A stretch of DNA of 63,898 nucleotides, the filler included, from Cercozoa sp. M6MM (taxonomy: Eukaryota > Protista > Endomyxa: Ascetosporea): assembly GCA_040357565.1 (NCBI GenBank). It is 13 parts of 13 records of this genome, joined end to end, with 100 filler letters (N's around TTAATTAATTAA, not from the genome) between each part and the next. Parts side by side here need not be neighbours in the genome. Positions count along the whole stretch, not along the records: positions 38,159 to 42,841 come from JBDODJ010001078.1; positions 42,942 to 44,153 come from JBDODJ010002111.1; positions 44,254 to 48,948 come from JBDODJ010001074.1; positions 49,049 to 53,503 come from JBDODJ010001137.1; 9 more parts are not named here. One strand, given 5' to 3'. Under the pieces are notes generated by a model. That model searched no databases and had not been told where the DNA came from. It saw nothing but the letters and a program-made list of their open reading frames with translations. Below are positions 38,170 to 50,212 of this stretch, one piece after another. Made by a program: the position numbers and the translations under genes. The first letter of the stretch is position 1; every line of letters begins with the position of its first letter.

Positions 38170-41030
38170 TACTGTATCCTATTTCTCCGGGTCAGAGTCA
38201 AAACTGTCGGGTTGGGGCTAAGTTACCAGGAAGCGAGTTGTGTCGACTTGTAGTATGAAAGCAACTCCCTAAGGGTGCAATACAGTCGCCAGACAAGATA
38301 ACAAATATAGTGCTGTGATTACAAAGAGATTGCTCCTCGTCCAAAGTTGACTGCGTCTTTTCTCGCGATTTGATCGGTTGTGGTCCAAATCAAGAATTCC
38401 CTCACGTAAAATGTCTTTCTGTTTTTTACATTGAATGAAGATAAGTTCAATACTAGTTCTACAATAAATATTAGGTGAAGGGTGCAAATGAATTGATAAC
38501 AAATTAATTAGTATTATTTACGCGCAGTCCGGGTTTCCGATCTATACCGTTCACAGGGGGCCCTTTTGTTTTTTAGACATCACTCAAACGAACCAAATAT
38601 CATTACCTCACTCCGTGGTATAAATAAATTGGTCACATACCCCAAAGGATATGCCGTGTCTGTGTCAACGTCAAAGATACCTACCTCAGTCGAACCCGGG
38701 GTTCAGTTAAGTTCATTCAAAAATAGAAACCACGCCACGACCACGGGAACCAGCCGAGGGATTTGAAGTTACCGAGCGGACTTGCCAATGATTCCGCAAT
38801 ACCGGCGATTGAAGGTTTCACAAACAAGCCTAAAGGGTGGTATTTCGCATCGTACATGTTTTCACAGAAAACGGCAACAGTAAACCCCGATACCGGCATT
38901 ATTTTGCACGCGAGCGACCTGTCGAGGTTTCAAAAGATGGTGAACTGGTTGCAATGGTGAAGATAGAATTCAAAGTCATTGACATCAAATTGAAAGTCTT
39001 TTAATGTGATGGCGGCCGATAGATCCACGTAAGTGACAGCAAAGTTTGACATATCCACACTAAACCGCGTAATCAATATACTGCACTGCCGCTGTAAATA
39101 AAACACGGCTTCACATGGCAACTGTGGAGTTACCCTTGTACTACACCTGATGATCCTTGCGCTTCAAGGTATCGAGCTGTGAGACTGCACGCGCGCGCAT
39201 CAACTCTACGCTCAACGAAACAATTGATTTTCTGCATTTGAAGAGGAACAAAGACTAAACTGACGTTTCCGAGGCGAAGCTCCTGCGAACGAAGCAGAAG
39301 GTCATATCGCTTGCAAGGAATAATGTGAAGCAGTATCTAAGTTTAAAGTTCATGCACCAGCCAGCTTTGTTCTTAAATATCGTGGTTCCGGAGGTCCAGT
39401 TGCTATTTTTTGCTTGCAAGTGACGCGTGAAGCTTTCCTATACGTTAATAAACTTACAATCATACTGGCAGTCGCACTTGTTGGTCTCCACAAAGGTATG
39501 AAAAGACTTTTTACAGTAGTTCCACTTGAATCTGAGCGAACGACTAGACGTACAGCCTCCTGGGGAAAGATCCAGTCTGCACATGTGCAGACAGCGTAGC
39601 GCGTGCATGCATCATTGAGCCAGATAGAAATATATACTTTCTCCCCTAGGAAGATAGATTTACCGGGGTTTAAGGCTTGAATGTGCGAATCGTTCCAAGT
39701 TTGAATCACGTCACCAAACATGAGCGATAGCGTGTAGATGTCGAGGTTCAGTTCGAAATCCTAGCCAGTAGCGATCAGAGACGTGGCGAGTCGCTCGAGG
39801 GACAAGTGGAACAATAAAATGTACCTCAGATGATAGGCCTTTCGACGTTCCAAACCTAGCACACGGCCATTGCTTCGAATGAGTAAACATCTGGTTATCT
39901 TATGAGCGATGTTTACGCTGACGGAGCGATTGCGTCGCGAAGTGACGTTGAAACCTATCCATACTCACTTGTCGGTAAGTTTACTGTAAAAATTGTAGCA
40001 GCTTCAGTTACCAGGATTGCTATGCCGCCACCTGCAAGAAACAGCATTTAGACCTTCTGACAGTGTCGCGCTGTGTGACTGTGTCTAAGTTATTATGTAC
40101 CTAAAAAGGGAATTGATGCTATCGACTTTGCACTTTCCCTGTCCGCAGCACTCAGTTCGAGTTCACCGAAAGCGTAAAGCATGTCGCTCTCGTCTTTTAA
40201 TTTCGCCAACCCAGTGCTGCTGCCAGTTAAGTTATACTGGAAGTCAACAAAACCAAGTCTAACGTGGTCTGACACGTACTGCCCAAAGAAAAGACATATC
40301 CGAAGACTGAACGCAATTATCGGTGAAGCAAAAGCACTCGCTCATAGTCTTCAATCCAATGCTCCATAACTGAAGCGAATGAGGTCGCACCAGCTCCTTT
40401 GATTTCGAGAGCTACAGACCCAAAGTTAACGGGCGTGTAACAAAGGGATTTGAGAAAATGGAAACCTAAATATAATTTATATTGTACGCTCATGCTTTTC
40501 AATGTATGGCGTTGAGTCTTCTACATTATCATGTATCGGATGCCATACGAGGTTTACAAGGTACTGGAACACACCAGGATCAAAGTCCCACTCCAATCGA
40601 GAAAGCACGACTGACCAGTCAACTGGCTGAAATGTATCGTCACCATTCTCTTCTAGCAGCTGCAACCCACCGCTTCTGCTCGCAATCGTCTCGACTCCTG
40701 TCGTGAACTGACCGATTGAATTCGATTCGAATTGAACAAGTCGAACTAACGCAACTGCTCACGTAAATCCAGTAGCTATAATTTAGACACAGTGGAAGTC
40801 TTTAAATTCTATATGTCGCTGAACTGACCAGAAATTACGCTTAAGACAGTGCCTGCCAGAAACACGGGAAGGTTGTGACTCATCCGAGCGACAGTACCTC
40901 TGGAACCTCAACTCAGTGAATATATGTTCTAGGTATCAGTCAGAGGAATTGACCACCGTCTTCAGCGCGGAAGGTTTCATTTTTTTCGCATAGACAGGCT
41001 TTCAGTTCTTCCAATGCAGTCGGCCAATAC
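38170..41030 (-). CDS. protein containing a PstS-type phosphate-binding (PBP) domain, intron-rich, limits uncertain
   Basis: Exons IKGAGATSF..W..Y, YNLTGSSTG, IPFL|GGGIAIL, TWNDSHIQALNPG, VVRSDSSGTT, FTRHL and AYPL follow PstS motif order. Confidence 0.8.
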
Positions 41031-41375
41031 AGGGTTGCGGAACTTCTAATAAACGCCCAAAAGTAACCAGCTTCCGCTGTCTGTTGCTAAACACACAAGT
41101 ACAGCAAGGTCAACAATGGATATATATATATAAATTTAGTTGCAGTTCGATTTTCGCATGCGCTGAAAGTCCGGCCCGGTCGCTGCCGTTCGTCGCGTGG
41201 TTTCAGATCTATCCCGCCAGAGATGCCGCACGGCAGGGTAAATTTACAGTAGGGCCATCCATCCATTGGCAACTCACTCTACTTCTTTGTTTCATATGTA
41301 TTTCGTAAAGTTTTTCGTTGTTTATGACCGGACCCAAGTTTTTTGCTATTTAGCTTATAGACGGGATCCAAGTGT

Positions 41376-41738
41376 TTAGCGGCGCGTACGGCGGCGCTTG
41401 GCGGCGCGCGTGTTGGTGGCCTGCGAGCGCGTAGCGGGCTTGCCCAACTTGGGCAACTTGCCCTTCTTGACCAGCAGCAGCGAGTGCTGCGAGCCACTCA
41501 CGACCTGAACGACATGAGCGTTGCGCAGGTGCCGCTCCGCCTCCAGGATGCGCACCGGCTTACGGCGACTCTCCTCGCTACCTGAGCCTGTGCACAACAT
41601 GCATACACAATAGATACATACTTGACCCCCCAGAGAGGTTACCCAGTGCGTATTCGCCAGCAAAGCCTGCCGCCCAGAGCGATCCGTCCTGTCCAAACAA
41701 GTACAAGTAGACGGCCCACATGTACACACGCGGATAGG

Positions 41739-41832
<94 letters not shown>

Positions 41833-42815
41833 TGGTGACAAAGAAGCTGCGCGACTCGCCGGCGCCGATTTGACGCACACGGCGCTCCGACGCCACGTCG
41901 CTCACGCGTGCCTCCAGCGCTGCTGTCTGAGGGGGAGGCAATGGGGATAAGGTGGGGTAAAGGGAGGTACTGGGTACCACATCCTCGTCGTCGCCAGCGC
42001 GGCCGCCCGTCCAATCGATAGGCGTCGCCTGTGCCGACTGCAGCGGCTCCTTGACAAAACTTCGGCCCTGCAGCAGTGCTCGCTCTTCCTCGCTCAGCTC
42101 CGGCCGCGGCGTGCCTGTCCAGGGGGGGGGGGGAAAGGAGGAAGGTGGGGGGAGGGGGGGGGGGGGGGTAGGGTACGTCGCGCGAGCTCGCCACTGGCGT
42201 TGCGACCGAAGGTCCACACACCGCCTTGCTTGTCCAGTACTACGGGGGTAAAGGGGTAGGGATACAGGGTACAGGGTACAGGGCAGGGGGGGGGGGGGGC
42301 ATACCCACAGTGTGATGTGACGCCGGTGCCACATCGGCGATTTCGACGTCGCTGTCGCCGGCGAATTCGACCTCGGTCGGAGCGGCAATCACAGTCATGG
42401 CACCCTCTGTTAAGGGTACGTATACACAGTCCATATGTACAGTCTATATGTACAGTCCATATGTACGGTACAAGAGTACCATTGACGTGTCCAGTCTGCA
42501 TGTGCACGTTCTGACCCCAGCTGTAGAGACGACCGTCGCGCGAGAGCGCGAAGTTGCTGTGGAAGCCGCACCACACCTGCCGGCACAAATACCCCTCTTT
42601 ACCCCTCAGCCTACCCCTGCGGATAGCCCTGGCCTAGGGTACCTTGTCGAATCGGAGACGGCCGACGTCGGCGCGACGCGGCGCGAGCCACTTGTGCCGC
42701 ACGCGTCGACTGACACGCTGGCCCAGTGAGGGCACGCCCCACGTCCACAGGTGGCCCAGACTGTCGATAGCCAGGGCATGGTTGACGCCGCTCGCCATGT
42801 CCACGATGGGCTGCA
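41376..42815 (-). CDS. RCC1-family beta-propeller protein, 5'-truncated
   Basis: Repeats SGVNHALAIDSLGHLWTWG, CGFHSNFALSRDGRLYSWGQN..QTG, HHTV|VLDKQGGVWTFGRN..GEL, GSLWAAG...ALG, SGSQHSLLL, followed by a basic tail. Confidence 0.9.
41740..41830. repeat. (CA/TG)n intronic microsatellite (others at ~21705, 22982, 35353, 44254, 44534, 44776, 49049 and 51135)
   Basis: Perfect dinucleotide runs. Confidence 0.95.
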
Positions 42816-42955
42816 CACTCCGTCTTTACCCCATCTCTCTANNNNNNNNNNNNNNNNNNNNNNNNNNNNNNNNNNNNNNNNNNNNTTAATTAATTAANNN
42901 NNNNNNNNNNNNNNNNNNNNNNNNNNNNNNNNNNNNNNNNNGGGGGTAAACTACC

Positions 42956-44150
42956 TCAACAGCGAGTTGCACGATGCGCGCAAATTCGCTCTGCCACAGC
43001 TGCAGTCCGCACGTGCTCAGGAAGTCTGAGGGTAGGGGTTAAGGGGTAAGGGGTAGGGGTAGGGGAATAGGGGTAGGGGCTGGGGTAGGGAGTACCCTGC
43101 ACATACTCGAGTGCCTGCTTGAAAGAAGCCAGGCGTCGTCCAACGCGATTCAACTACACCGGGAGGAGGGGGTACGAGGGGGTAAAGAGGGGGTAAAAAG
43201 GGAGGTAAGTAGGGGGGTCAAGAAACGCACGGCCTGCTCAATGTGCCGGCGCGACACTTCGGACGTCAAAACGAGCGACGACGCCGCCAGCAACTCCACC
43301 GGCGCGTTCACCTGTCTCTGCGGGGCAAGGAGTAGGGGGTAAGAGGGGGGGGGGGGGGGGGGGGGGGAGCGGGGGGTACAAAGTCCACGCCGGCGCGGAA
43401 GTTGATTTCCTCGTGAAGCGACAGAGCGACACGGCGCACCAGTTCGCGTCGCAGGCCCTGTCCACAGACGCGATACATATGTACAGTACACATGGACTCG
43501 GTACACGAACCCGGTACACGAACCCGGTACACACGGACAGTACACATGACCCACAGACAGACAGGTACACATATTGACAGGACAGCGTACATCCTCCAGC
43601 ATCTGCTTCGGCTCCAGTTGCACCACACCGACCTACGGGGGAGGGAGGTAAAGAGGGTGTGGGGGTTAAGAGGGTGTGGGGTAAAGAGGGTGTGGGGGTA
43701 AAGAGGGGGGTAAACCAGCGTGGTCTGCATGGCCAGAATGCCGTCGGTGAACACGGCGACTCTCTCCGTGGCACGTGACAGGGCGAAACGCTGCACCGGC
43801 ATGGCTACGCACACCGTCACAGTCTTACCCTTCCCCCTGTTTCACCCTGTTTGCCCACCAGGTGTACCCAGCGAACGCAGCGTCGAGGCGCGTTCGAATT
43901 TCGACGGCGGCGCCGCTGGCAGTGCGGCTACACAGACGGTATTCAGTCACGTGCCAAGTGGGAAACACGTGTCAAGTAAGAGAAACACGGTCCAGTCAGA
44001 GACACGTGTCCAGGGAGGTGACACATGCCAAGTGAGGGTACCCAGTCGCGCAGCGTCCTTGTCGAGCTGCGCGTCCTCGGCGTCGCCGACGTCGGCGCCT
44101 TGCAGTCGCACGATCTCCTTCAGCACGCCGAACATCGACAGCGGGATCAC
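42956..44150 (-). CDS. WASHC5: WASH complex subunit strumpellin, internal fragment
   Basis: VAVFTDGILAMQTTL|VGVVQLEPKQMLED|GLRRELVRRVA and FKQALEYVQ|DFLSTCGLQLWQSEFARIV. Confidence 0.92.
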
Positions 44151-44253
44151 CTGNNNNNNNNNNNNNNNNNNNNNNNNNNNNNNNNNNNNNNNNNNNNTTA
44201 ATTAATTAANNNNNNNNNNNNNNNNNNNNNNNNNNNNNNNNNNNNNNNNNNNN

Positions 44254-44303
<50 letters not shown>

Positions 44304-44370
44304 TGCACACGCACACACACATCACACACGCAACACACATGCATACAACAACCATGGTGTGTCAATACAG

Positions 44371-44531
44371 GCAGCGCGGCGGATTCGCAGTTCGTGACGG
44401 AGAACGTGAAGGTGCAGCTCGAGCTGGCCGAGGTGTCAGAGGAGCGCACGCCCACAGTGGCACGTGCTGCCAAGTTCGCCCAACAGTACTGCTACGAGTA
44501 CAAGGACTACTTGCTCGTACCTCTATCTTCC

Positions 44532-44598
<67 letters not shown>

Positions 44599-44775
44599 CA
44601 CCAGAGACGCAGCAGAAGATTTTATCGTGCAGCTGGCACAACTTGTCAGTCGCGCGGTTGTACACATAGCTGCCGNNNNNNNNNNNNNNNNNNNNNNNNN
44701 NNNNNNNNNNNNNNNNNNNNNNNNNNNNNNNNNNNNNNNNNNNNNNNNNNNNNNNNNNNNNNNNNNNNNNNNNNN

Positions 44776-44826
<51 letters not shown>

Positions 44827-45319
44827 GTGTGTGTGTGTCCAACTGGCATGTGTGCCTGCACAGACCGGTCTCATCGTGGCCGGCTACGACGAGCAACACG
44901 GCGGCCGTGTTTTCAACGTGCCCATCGGTATGTGTCATCCCTATCTGTGCCATGTCTTATCTGATCCATGTGTCTGTGTGGACGGACAGGTGGTGCCATG
45001 CTGCGACAGCCCTTCACAATGGGCGGTAGCGGCAGTGTCTTCATCTACGGCTACTGCGACGCGAACTACCGGCCTGGCATGTCCAAGGAGGAGTGCGTCG
45101 ACTTCGTGCAGACTGCGATCGCGCATGCCATGGCGCGCGACGCTGCCAGTGGCGGTGCGTTTCTTTAGACTGGCGTACCAGTATGTCATGTGTGTGTGTG
45201 TGTTTTGCTTCGCAGGTATGATCCGACTCGCCATCATCGACAAGGACGGCGTGGAGCGACGCACGCACCAGGGCAACCAACTGCCGTTCTCGCTGGACCC
45301 GCCGACTAAGAGCAGCTGA
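44371..45319 (+). CDS. PSMB6: 20S proteasome beta-1 subunit, 5'-truncated (one upstream exon assembled inverted at 44602-44675)
   Basis: [15 protein letters not shown]...GGRVFNVPI|[36 protein letters not shown]|GMIRLAII. Confidence 0.95.
44602..44675 (-). CDS. PSMB6: proteasome beta-1 exon in inverted orientation
   Basis: [25 protein letters not shown] ends in a phase-1 GT donor that fits the phase-1 acceptor at 44370. Confidence 0.9.
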
Positions 45320-45481
45320 TTCGACTCGTCCTTTTACATTAGCGTTTATTCTGTTCTATTCAGGGACGTCCCAATTGGGCCTTTTGTTTGTCGCGGGTAG
45401 GTGGGCGGGAAACAATTGGATTTTCAAAAACGGCAAATAAGAAGGTCCGTCAAGGAAACTTAGGAACCCCCCAGTGCGTGG

Positions 45482-47036
45482 TTAGTATCCCGACTCGTGA
45501 GCAAGCCACCATTGCGGTACTTGAGGCACGAGCACGAACTCTTGGTCACCGAGCGACACTCTCTGTGTGCACAGAAACAGTGAGAGCAACTTGATGATGA
45601 GCACATGAGCAGTAGCAGAGCAGGGAGGGTCGAGGTACCAAATGCTCGGTGCGTTTCTGCGACAGGGCGTCGCGGAGTCGGAGACGAGCGATGGCGAAGT
45701 TGTAGATGGCCGAGTGCAGCGTGCCGACCTTCTTGCCCTTGAGCGTGACGTCGAGCACCGAGTGGGCCGAGTCGGCCGGCAGGAGATCCTGCGGCTCCAG
45801 TGTGTTTGGAAACAGTGCCGAGTCGGCACACGGCAGTGCCTCAAAGTTCGGCACGCTCTCGTTGCCATGTGTGTCGACTTTGTCCGCGCGGACGAGTCTG
45901 ACCGGCATGAAACGCTTGCGCACGACGCCTTGTGTATGCACGCGCTGCGTGAGTTCCTGTCCGACGTAGCAGCCCTTGTGGAACGCGATGCCGTTGAGCC
46001 AGTCGAGACCGGCCTCGAGTGGCATCGACTTGTCGCGGATCAGGTCGGCGCCGCCTGTCGGCACTCCCTGCGTCACTCGCAACGCCTCGTAGAAATCCTC
46101 GCCCACTTGCTGGAACACCTGCGGCACCTTGGCTGCCCGACCAGCCACACACACCTTATATATATATATCTTTGATATATATCTTGATATATACACATAT
46201 CCATTTATAATACATCTAATATATAGATGTAGATAGAATAAATAAATATAAATAAATAAATAAATATATATATATATATATATACATATATATCTCTCTC
46301 TTGATACACACACATATAATAAAGTGGGAGTACGAATAGCCTGCTGCGAAAGCAGCATGCGCGCGCCGAGTTTCGCGAGTCGCGGGTCGACGAAACTCAC
46401 GTCGCCGCGCTGCCTGGCCGCAGCCGTGCAGCGCTGCATTCCCTCCTGGTCCACCGACATGAGCGACCACACGCGCATCTGTACCGGGGTAGAAAGGAGT
46501 AAGGGAATGAGGCTAGTAGGGCAGTAGGGCAGGAGGGCAGGAAGGCCGGAGGGGTAAAAGGGGGGTGTGACAAGGGATAGGAAGGGATAAAACACACCTC
46601 TTGGGAGACATCGTCGACGGTGACGCGTCGTCGCAGCGCGTACATCTTGAGCGCCCTCTGCAGTCGGCCGGCGTCGCTCCTGTCGACGTCCAGCAGCAGC
46701 GAGCCCTCCTGCTCCTCTTGACTGTTGCACACGAAAAAGTCGCTGCCGAAACGACCATTCGGCATAAGCAATGCCGTGTATGACGCCGGCACGGCACCGT
46801 GCTCAAGCGGCCGCATGTCCTGCCCACAACACGCACATACCGCTCCCCCATCCCAGCTTCCTCGCCCTTACCTGTGCAACAACGCCCTGCAGCAGCTCGA
46901 AACGATCCTCGCCGCTCACACGAAGCACTGCGCGATCGCTCAGCGGAACGACACCGTGCAGACAACGCTCGAACGCCGTCGCGTCCGTGCGAAACGCGCG
47001 AGCACCTGCTCGCAGCAAAGCGCGCTTCACCTGCAT
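45482..47036 (-). CDS. IBA57: mitochondrial Fe-S assembly factor IBA57/YgfZ
   Basis: Presequence MQVKRALLRAGARAF, RAVLRVSGED..LLQG, DPRL, signature KGCYVGQEL, C-terminal PQWW. Confidence 0.95.
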
Positions 47037-47217
47037 TCGTTTGATTGCTCTAAACCACTAGTTTCTATCCAGTAAAGCGCTCGAATTCCCGAGCTAAACT
47101 AGTTTCAACTGCTTTTCGGGATAACGATCAAAAGCCGGACGGGATGAGCGCCGGAAATGCATAAGTGAAATGCGGAGTGGGCCAACTAGCTGCACAGCGT
47201 GTGAAGACGTCTGTGGG

Positions 47218-48110
47218 ATGAGTTCCAGTGCTGGCCTGCCGCCTCTGCGCCGTGTTGCGCAGCGTAAGACGCTGTACGCCACGGTAAATGATTGTCTCTC
47301 AAGTGTGGTGATTTTGGTTGATTTCTTGTTGATTTTGGTTGATGTTGCAGTTGCTGGGCATCAAGGGAGTTGGCCAGCGACAAGCAAAGTTCGTGTGCGC
47401 CAAGGCGCGAATCCACCCAATGTTCCCGATGGGTGCAACTTACTTTACTCCACTGTGACTTGTCTCGGTTGATGATGGACTTGTGTGTGGGTGTGTGTGC
47501 AGCGAAGATGCAACAGTGGCAGCAGGACCTCGTCAACACGATTCTGCGTCGCGATCACTGCATCTTTGAAGAGCATGTGACTTGGATTCTTGCTTACGCA
47601 TCAATGTACCTATGAGTGAGTATTCGTTTGTATTGATAGGACAATGCCGAGGCCTACGGCATTGCCAGACAGATCCTGCAGGGCACATCGCGAGGTTTCT
47701 ACCACTGGTACAGTTGCTCAACTGCTATGAGTCAAAAAGGCAGGCTTCTTGCCTTGACCACTGCCTTTTTGTGTCTGCACAGGAAGGGCCTCCCGGTGCG
47801 TGGCCAGAAGAACGTCAGCAACGCTAAAACGGCACGCAAGCTCAACAGTCAGCGCGTCGCCTGGATGAAGAAGTGCCCTTTTTTGTTGACTACGCCTTCT
47901 TTCTGTATTTTTGGTACGTGTGTCCGTGTGCTCAGACTCATCACGGAGCACATGCGAGGCGAGGACCTCTTCGCCAACCGCGAGAAGGTAGCCCCTGTCT
48001 ATCAGTCTACCTCGTCTACTGCTACTCGGCACATGTGCATGTGTGTGTTGCTTGTGCAGCCGGACGTGCTGGTGGGTGGTGTCAAGTTCATCGGCCGCGT
48101 GCGCCAATAA
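47218..48110 (+). CDS. rps13: nucleus-encoded mitochondrial ribosomal protein uS13
   Basis: LLGIKGVG...A..VC (H2TH motif) and GTSRGFYHW|KGLPVRGQKNVSNAKTARK, a bacterial-type S13 signature. Confidence 0.85.
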
Positions 48111-48806
48111 GCCGCCGACCCCAGGCTGCTTGGATTAAAACTAAAAAACTGCACGCCCGCGGCCTGGCCGGGCACTTTCGCATCAGTTGGGCTTCAGTTT
48201 GTCATATGTGACGGCATATTGTCATCTGCTGCCCCAGGCTAGTAGAAGGATAGACTCATGCACACTCAGCACATGCCCCGTCATTTTGAAGTTCATCCTT
48301 GCACTGACTACTCGTCAGCGCGGACGATCAAATTTGAACCAGTATGGTTAATAGTAAATTTAGTGAAGGATGTGTTTTGCTAGGTATCTCCTGCAATACA
48401 TCCTGAGGCTTCTAAATTTACTTTGTATTGTCAAGTGTTGTGCAGACCTGACTACCTAGCTTGGTTCAAGCTTTCTACAGCTCTCGCACGCACTTAGACT
48501 GCAGGTACCTCTTCTCCAGCTTCCTTCTACGGAGCTTCGTCCGTTTCGCTTGATACGTTCTGCCGTGATAGTGCTCGGGCTGATTTATTCATGTTTTTTT
48601 TTCAACCAATTTACCCGATTTTCACTCGACGCGCCCCAATCGCTAATGATGCTCCGCACACAGCTAGTGTATTTATAGAGCACATACTGGGGATCAGTGA
48701 AACGTGCTATCTTTCTACACTGATCAACATCATATCTGCTTGTTGGCTCAGTTTTATGGGCTCACTATTTTACCCGACGATACGGTAGGATTCCCGACAA
48801 AAGAGG

Positions 48807-48948
48807 ATCACGGCTGCAGCGAGGCCGTCGAAGTGGCCGTGCCGTGGCGCTGGTGCCGCGCACGCCGGCGGCGCGAAGCGTTGGCCGACGCCGGTGGCGC
48901 CTTCATCATCGACGACAACTGCGCACGCGACAGCGACGGCGTTGCTGG
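48807..48948 (-). CDS. 3' end of an unknown gene
   Basis: GC-rich open frame ...PATPSLSRAQLSSMMKAPPASANASRRRRARHQRH...LQP* at a contig end. Confidence 0.3.
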
Positions 48949-49048
48949 NNNNNNNNNNNNNNNNNNNNNNNNNNNNNNNNNNNNNNNNNNNNTTAATTAA
49001 TTAANNNNNNNNNNNNNNNNNNNNNNNNNNNNNNNNNNNNNNNNNNNN

Positions 49049-49100
<52 letters not shown>

Positions 49101-49190
49101 GTGTGTGTGCGCGTGTGTGTGTGTGTGAGTGTGTGTGTGTGTGAATGCATGTATGTGCGCATGTGTGTGTGCGCATGTGAACTAAATGTA

Positions 49191-49921
49191 CCTTATCATT
49201 GCCGACATTAGCCGTGTTGTTGTTGGTGTTGCTGCAAAGGAAAGATCAGACAACGGATACGGCGTCAAAGAGATGTGGTTTGGATTGAGATCATACCGGT
49301 CGAAGATGAAGAGCACCCAGAGATGCGAGTACTCCTGCAGTCCTGCCAGTGTGCACTGCGGCTGAAAGTCGCCGCGAATCGCGATCTTGCCTCGTACACT
49401 ACAGAGTATAAAAACGATATACGTACACACATGTCCATACCGTTGCTACCTCTGCACAATGCCGGACTGCCTCGGCGTTCCGCGACGGTCTTGGAACGGC
49501 GATTGCACCTCGCCGATTTGCACCTGCCCAAACGCAGGCTTTGTTCGACCTATGCGTCTCCACAAATAAGCGATTTTATTACCAGAGAGGAAGCCACGAG
49601 ATTGTCGAAATTAGAGGCCGACTTTTTCGCAATCAACTCGCGCAACTGCTGCCTGCATGCAAAGCATCAACCCACCTTTGATTGAAATGATACACGAGCA
49701 AATGCGTACTGCGCCTTGATTCGACCCTTTCGCTCGGCTTGTCTCATCTCGCGCAGTTGCTCCACTTCGCGTCGCAGCTGTTCCACCTCTTCTGCGCTCC
49801 CATCAGTGGGAGCAGCGTCGGATCCCTTCCGCGCGGTCAGTGCCGCCATGCCGAGAACCGCGCCCATTGACGCAGCGGCAGCAACAGCGCATCCCAAAAA
49901 CGTCTCGCGTTGTGTCAACAT
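49191..49921 (-). CDS. TRMO: tRNA m6t6A37 methyltransferase TrmO (TsaA/YaeB), 3'-truncated
   Basis: IGEVQSPFQDRRGTPRQ and LAGLQEYSHLWVLFIF, with an N-terminal hydrophobic segment and coiled-coil AERKGRIKAQ. Confidence 0.9.
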
Positions 49922-50212
49922 GTTATCAAACACACGTAAACTGCCCGAAAGTGAGTTTTCTTTGGTTGTGGCTCCTGGGGAGCCGACACAGTTTTTTTGT
50001 TTCCCGCCAAAATCCCTTTCAAAACAGCTTCCTGACAGCAAGCGGGTGCTTGAACAGACTTATAACTAAACATAGAGCACTGTCTTGAGTTTTTGTCGTG
50101 CTTGCACTTTGGTGCATTTTTTGGAGAACAAACATGCGGACTCGGCGAACGTCGCGCAAATGCTACACTGAAACACCGGTATTCCTCGACTTGACCCAAG
50201 TCTGTTGACAGT

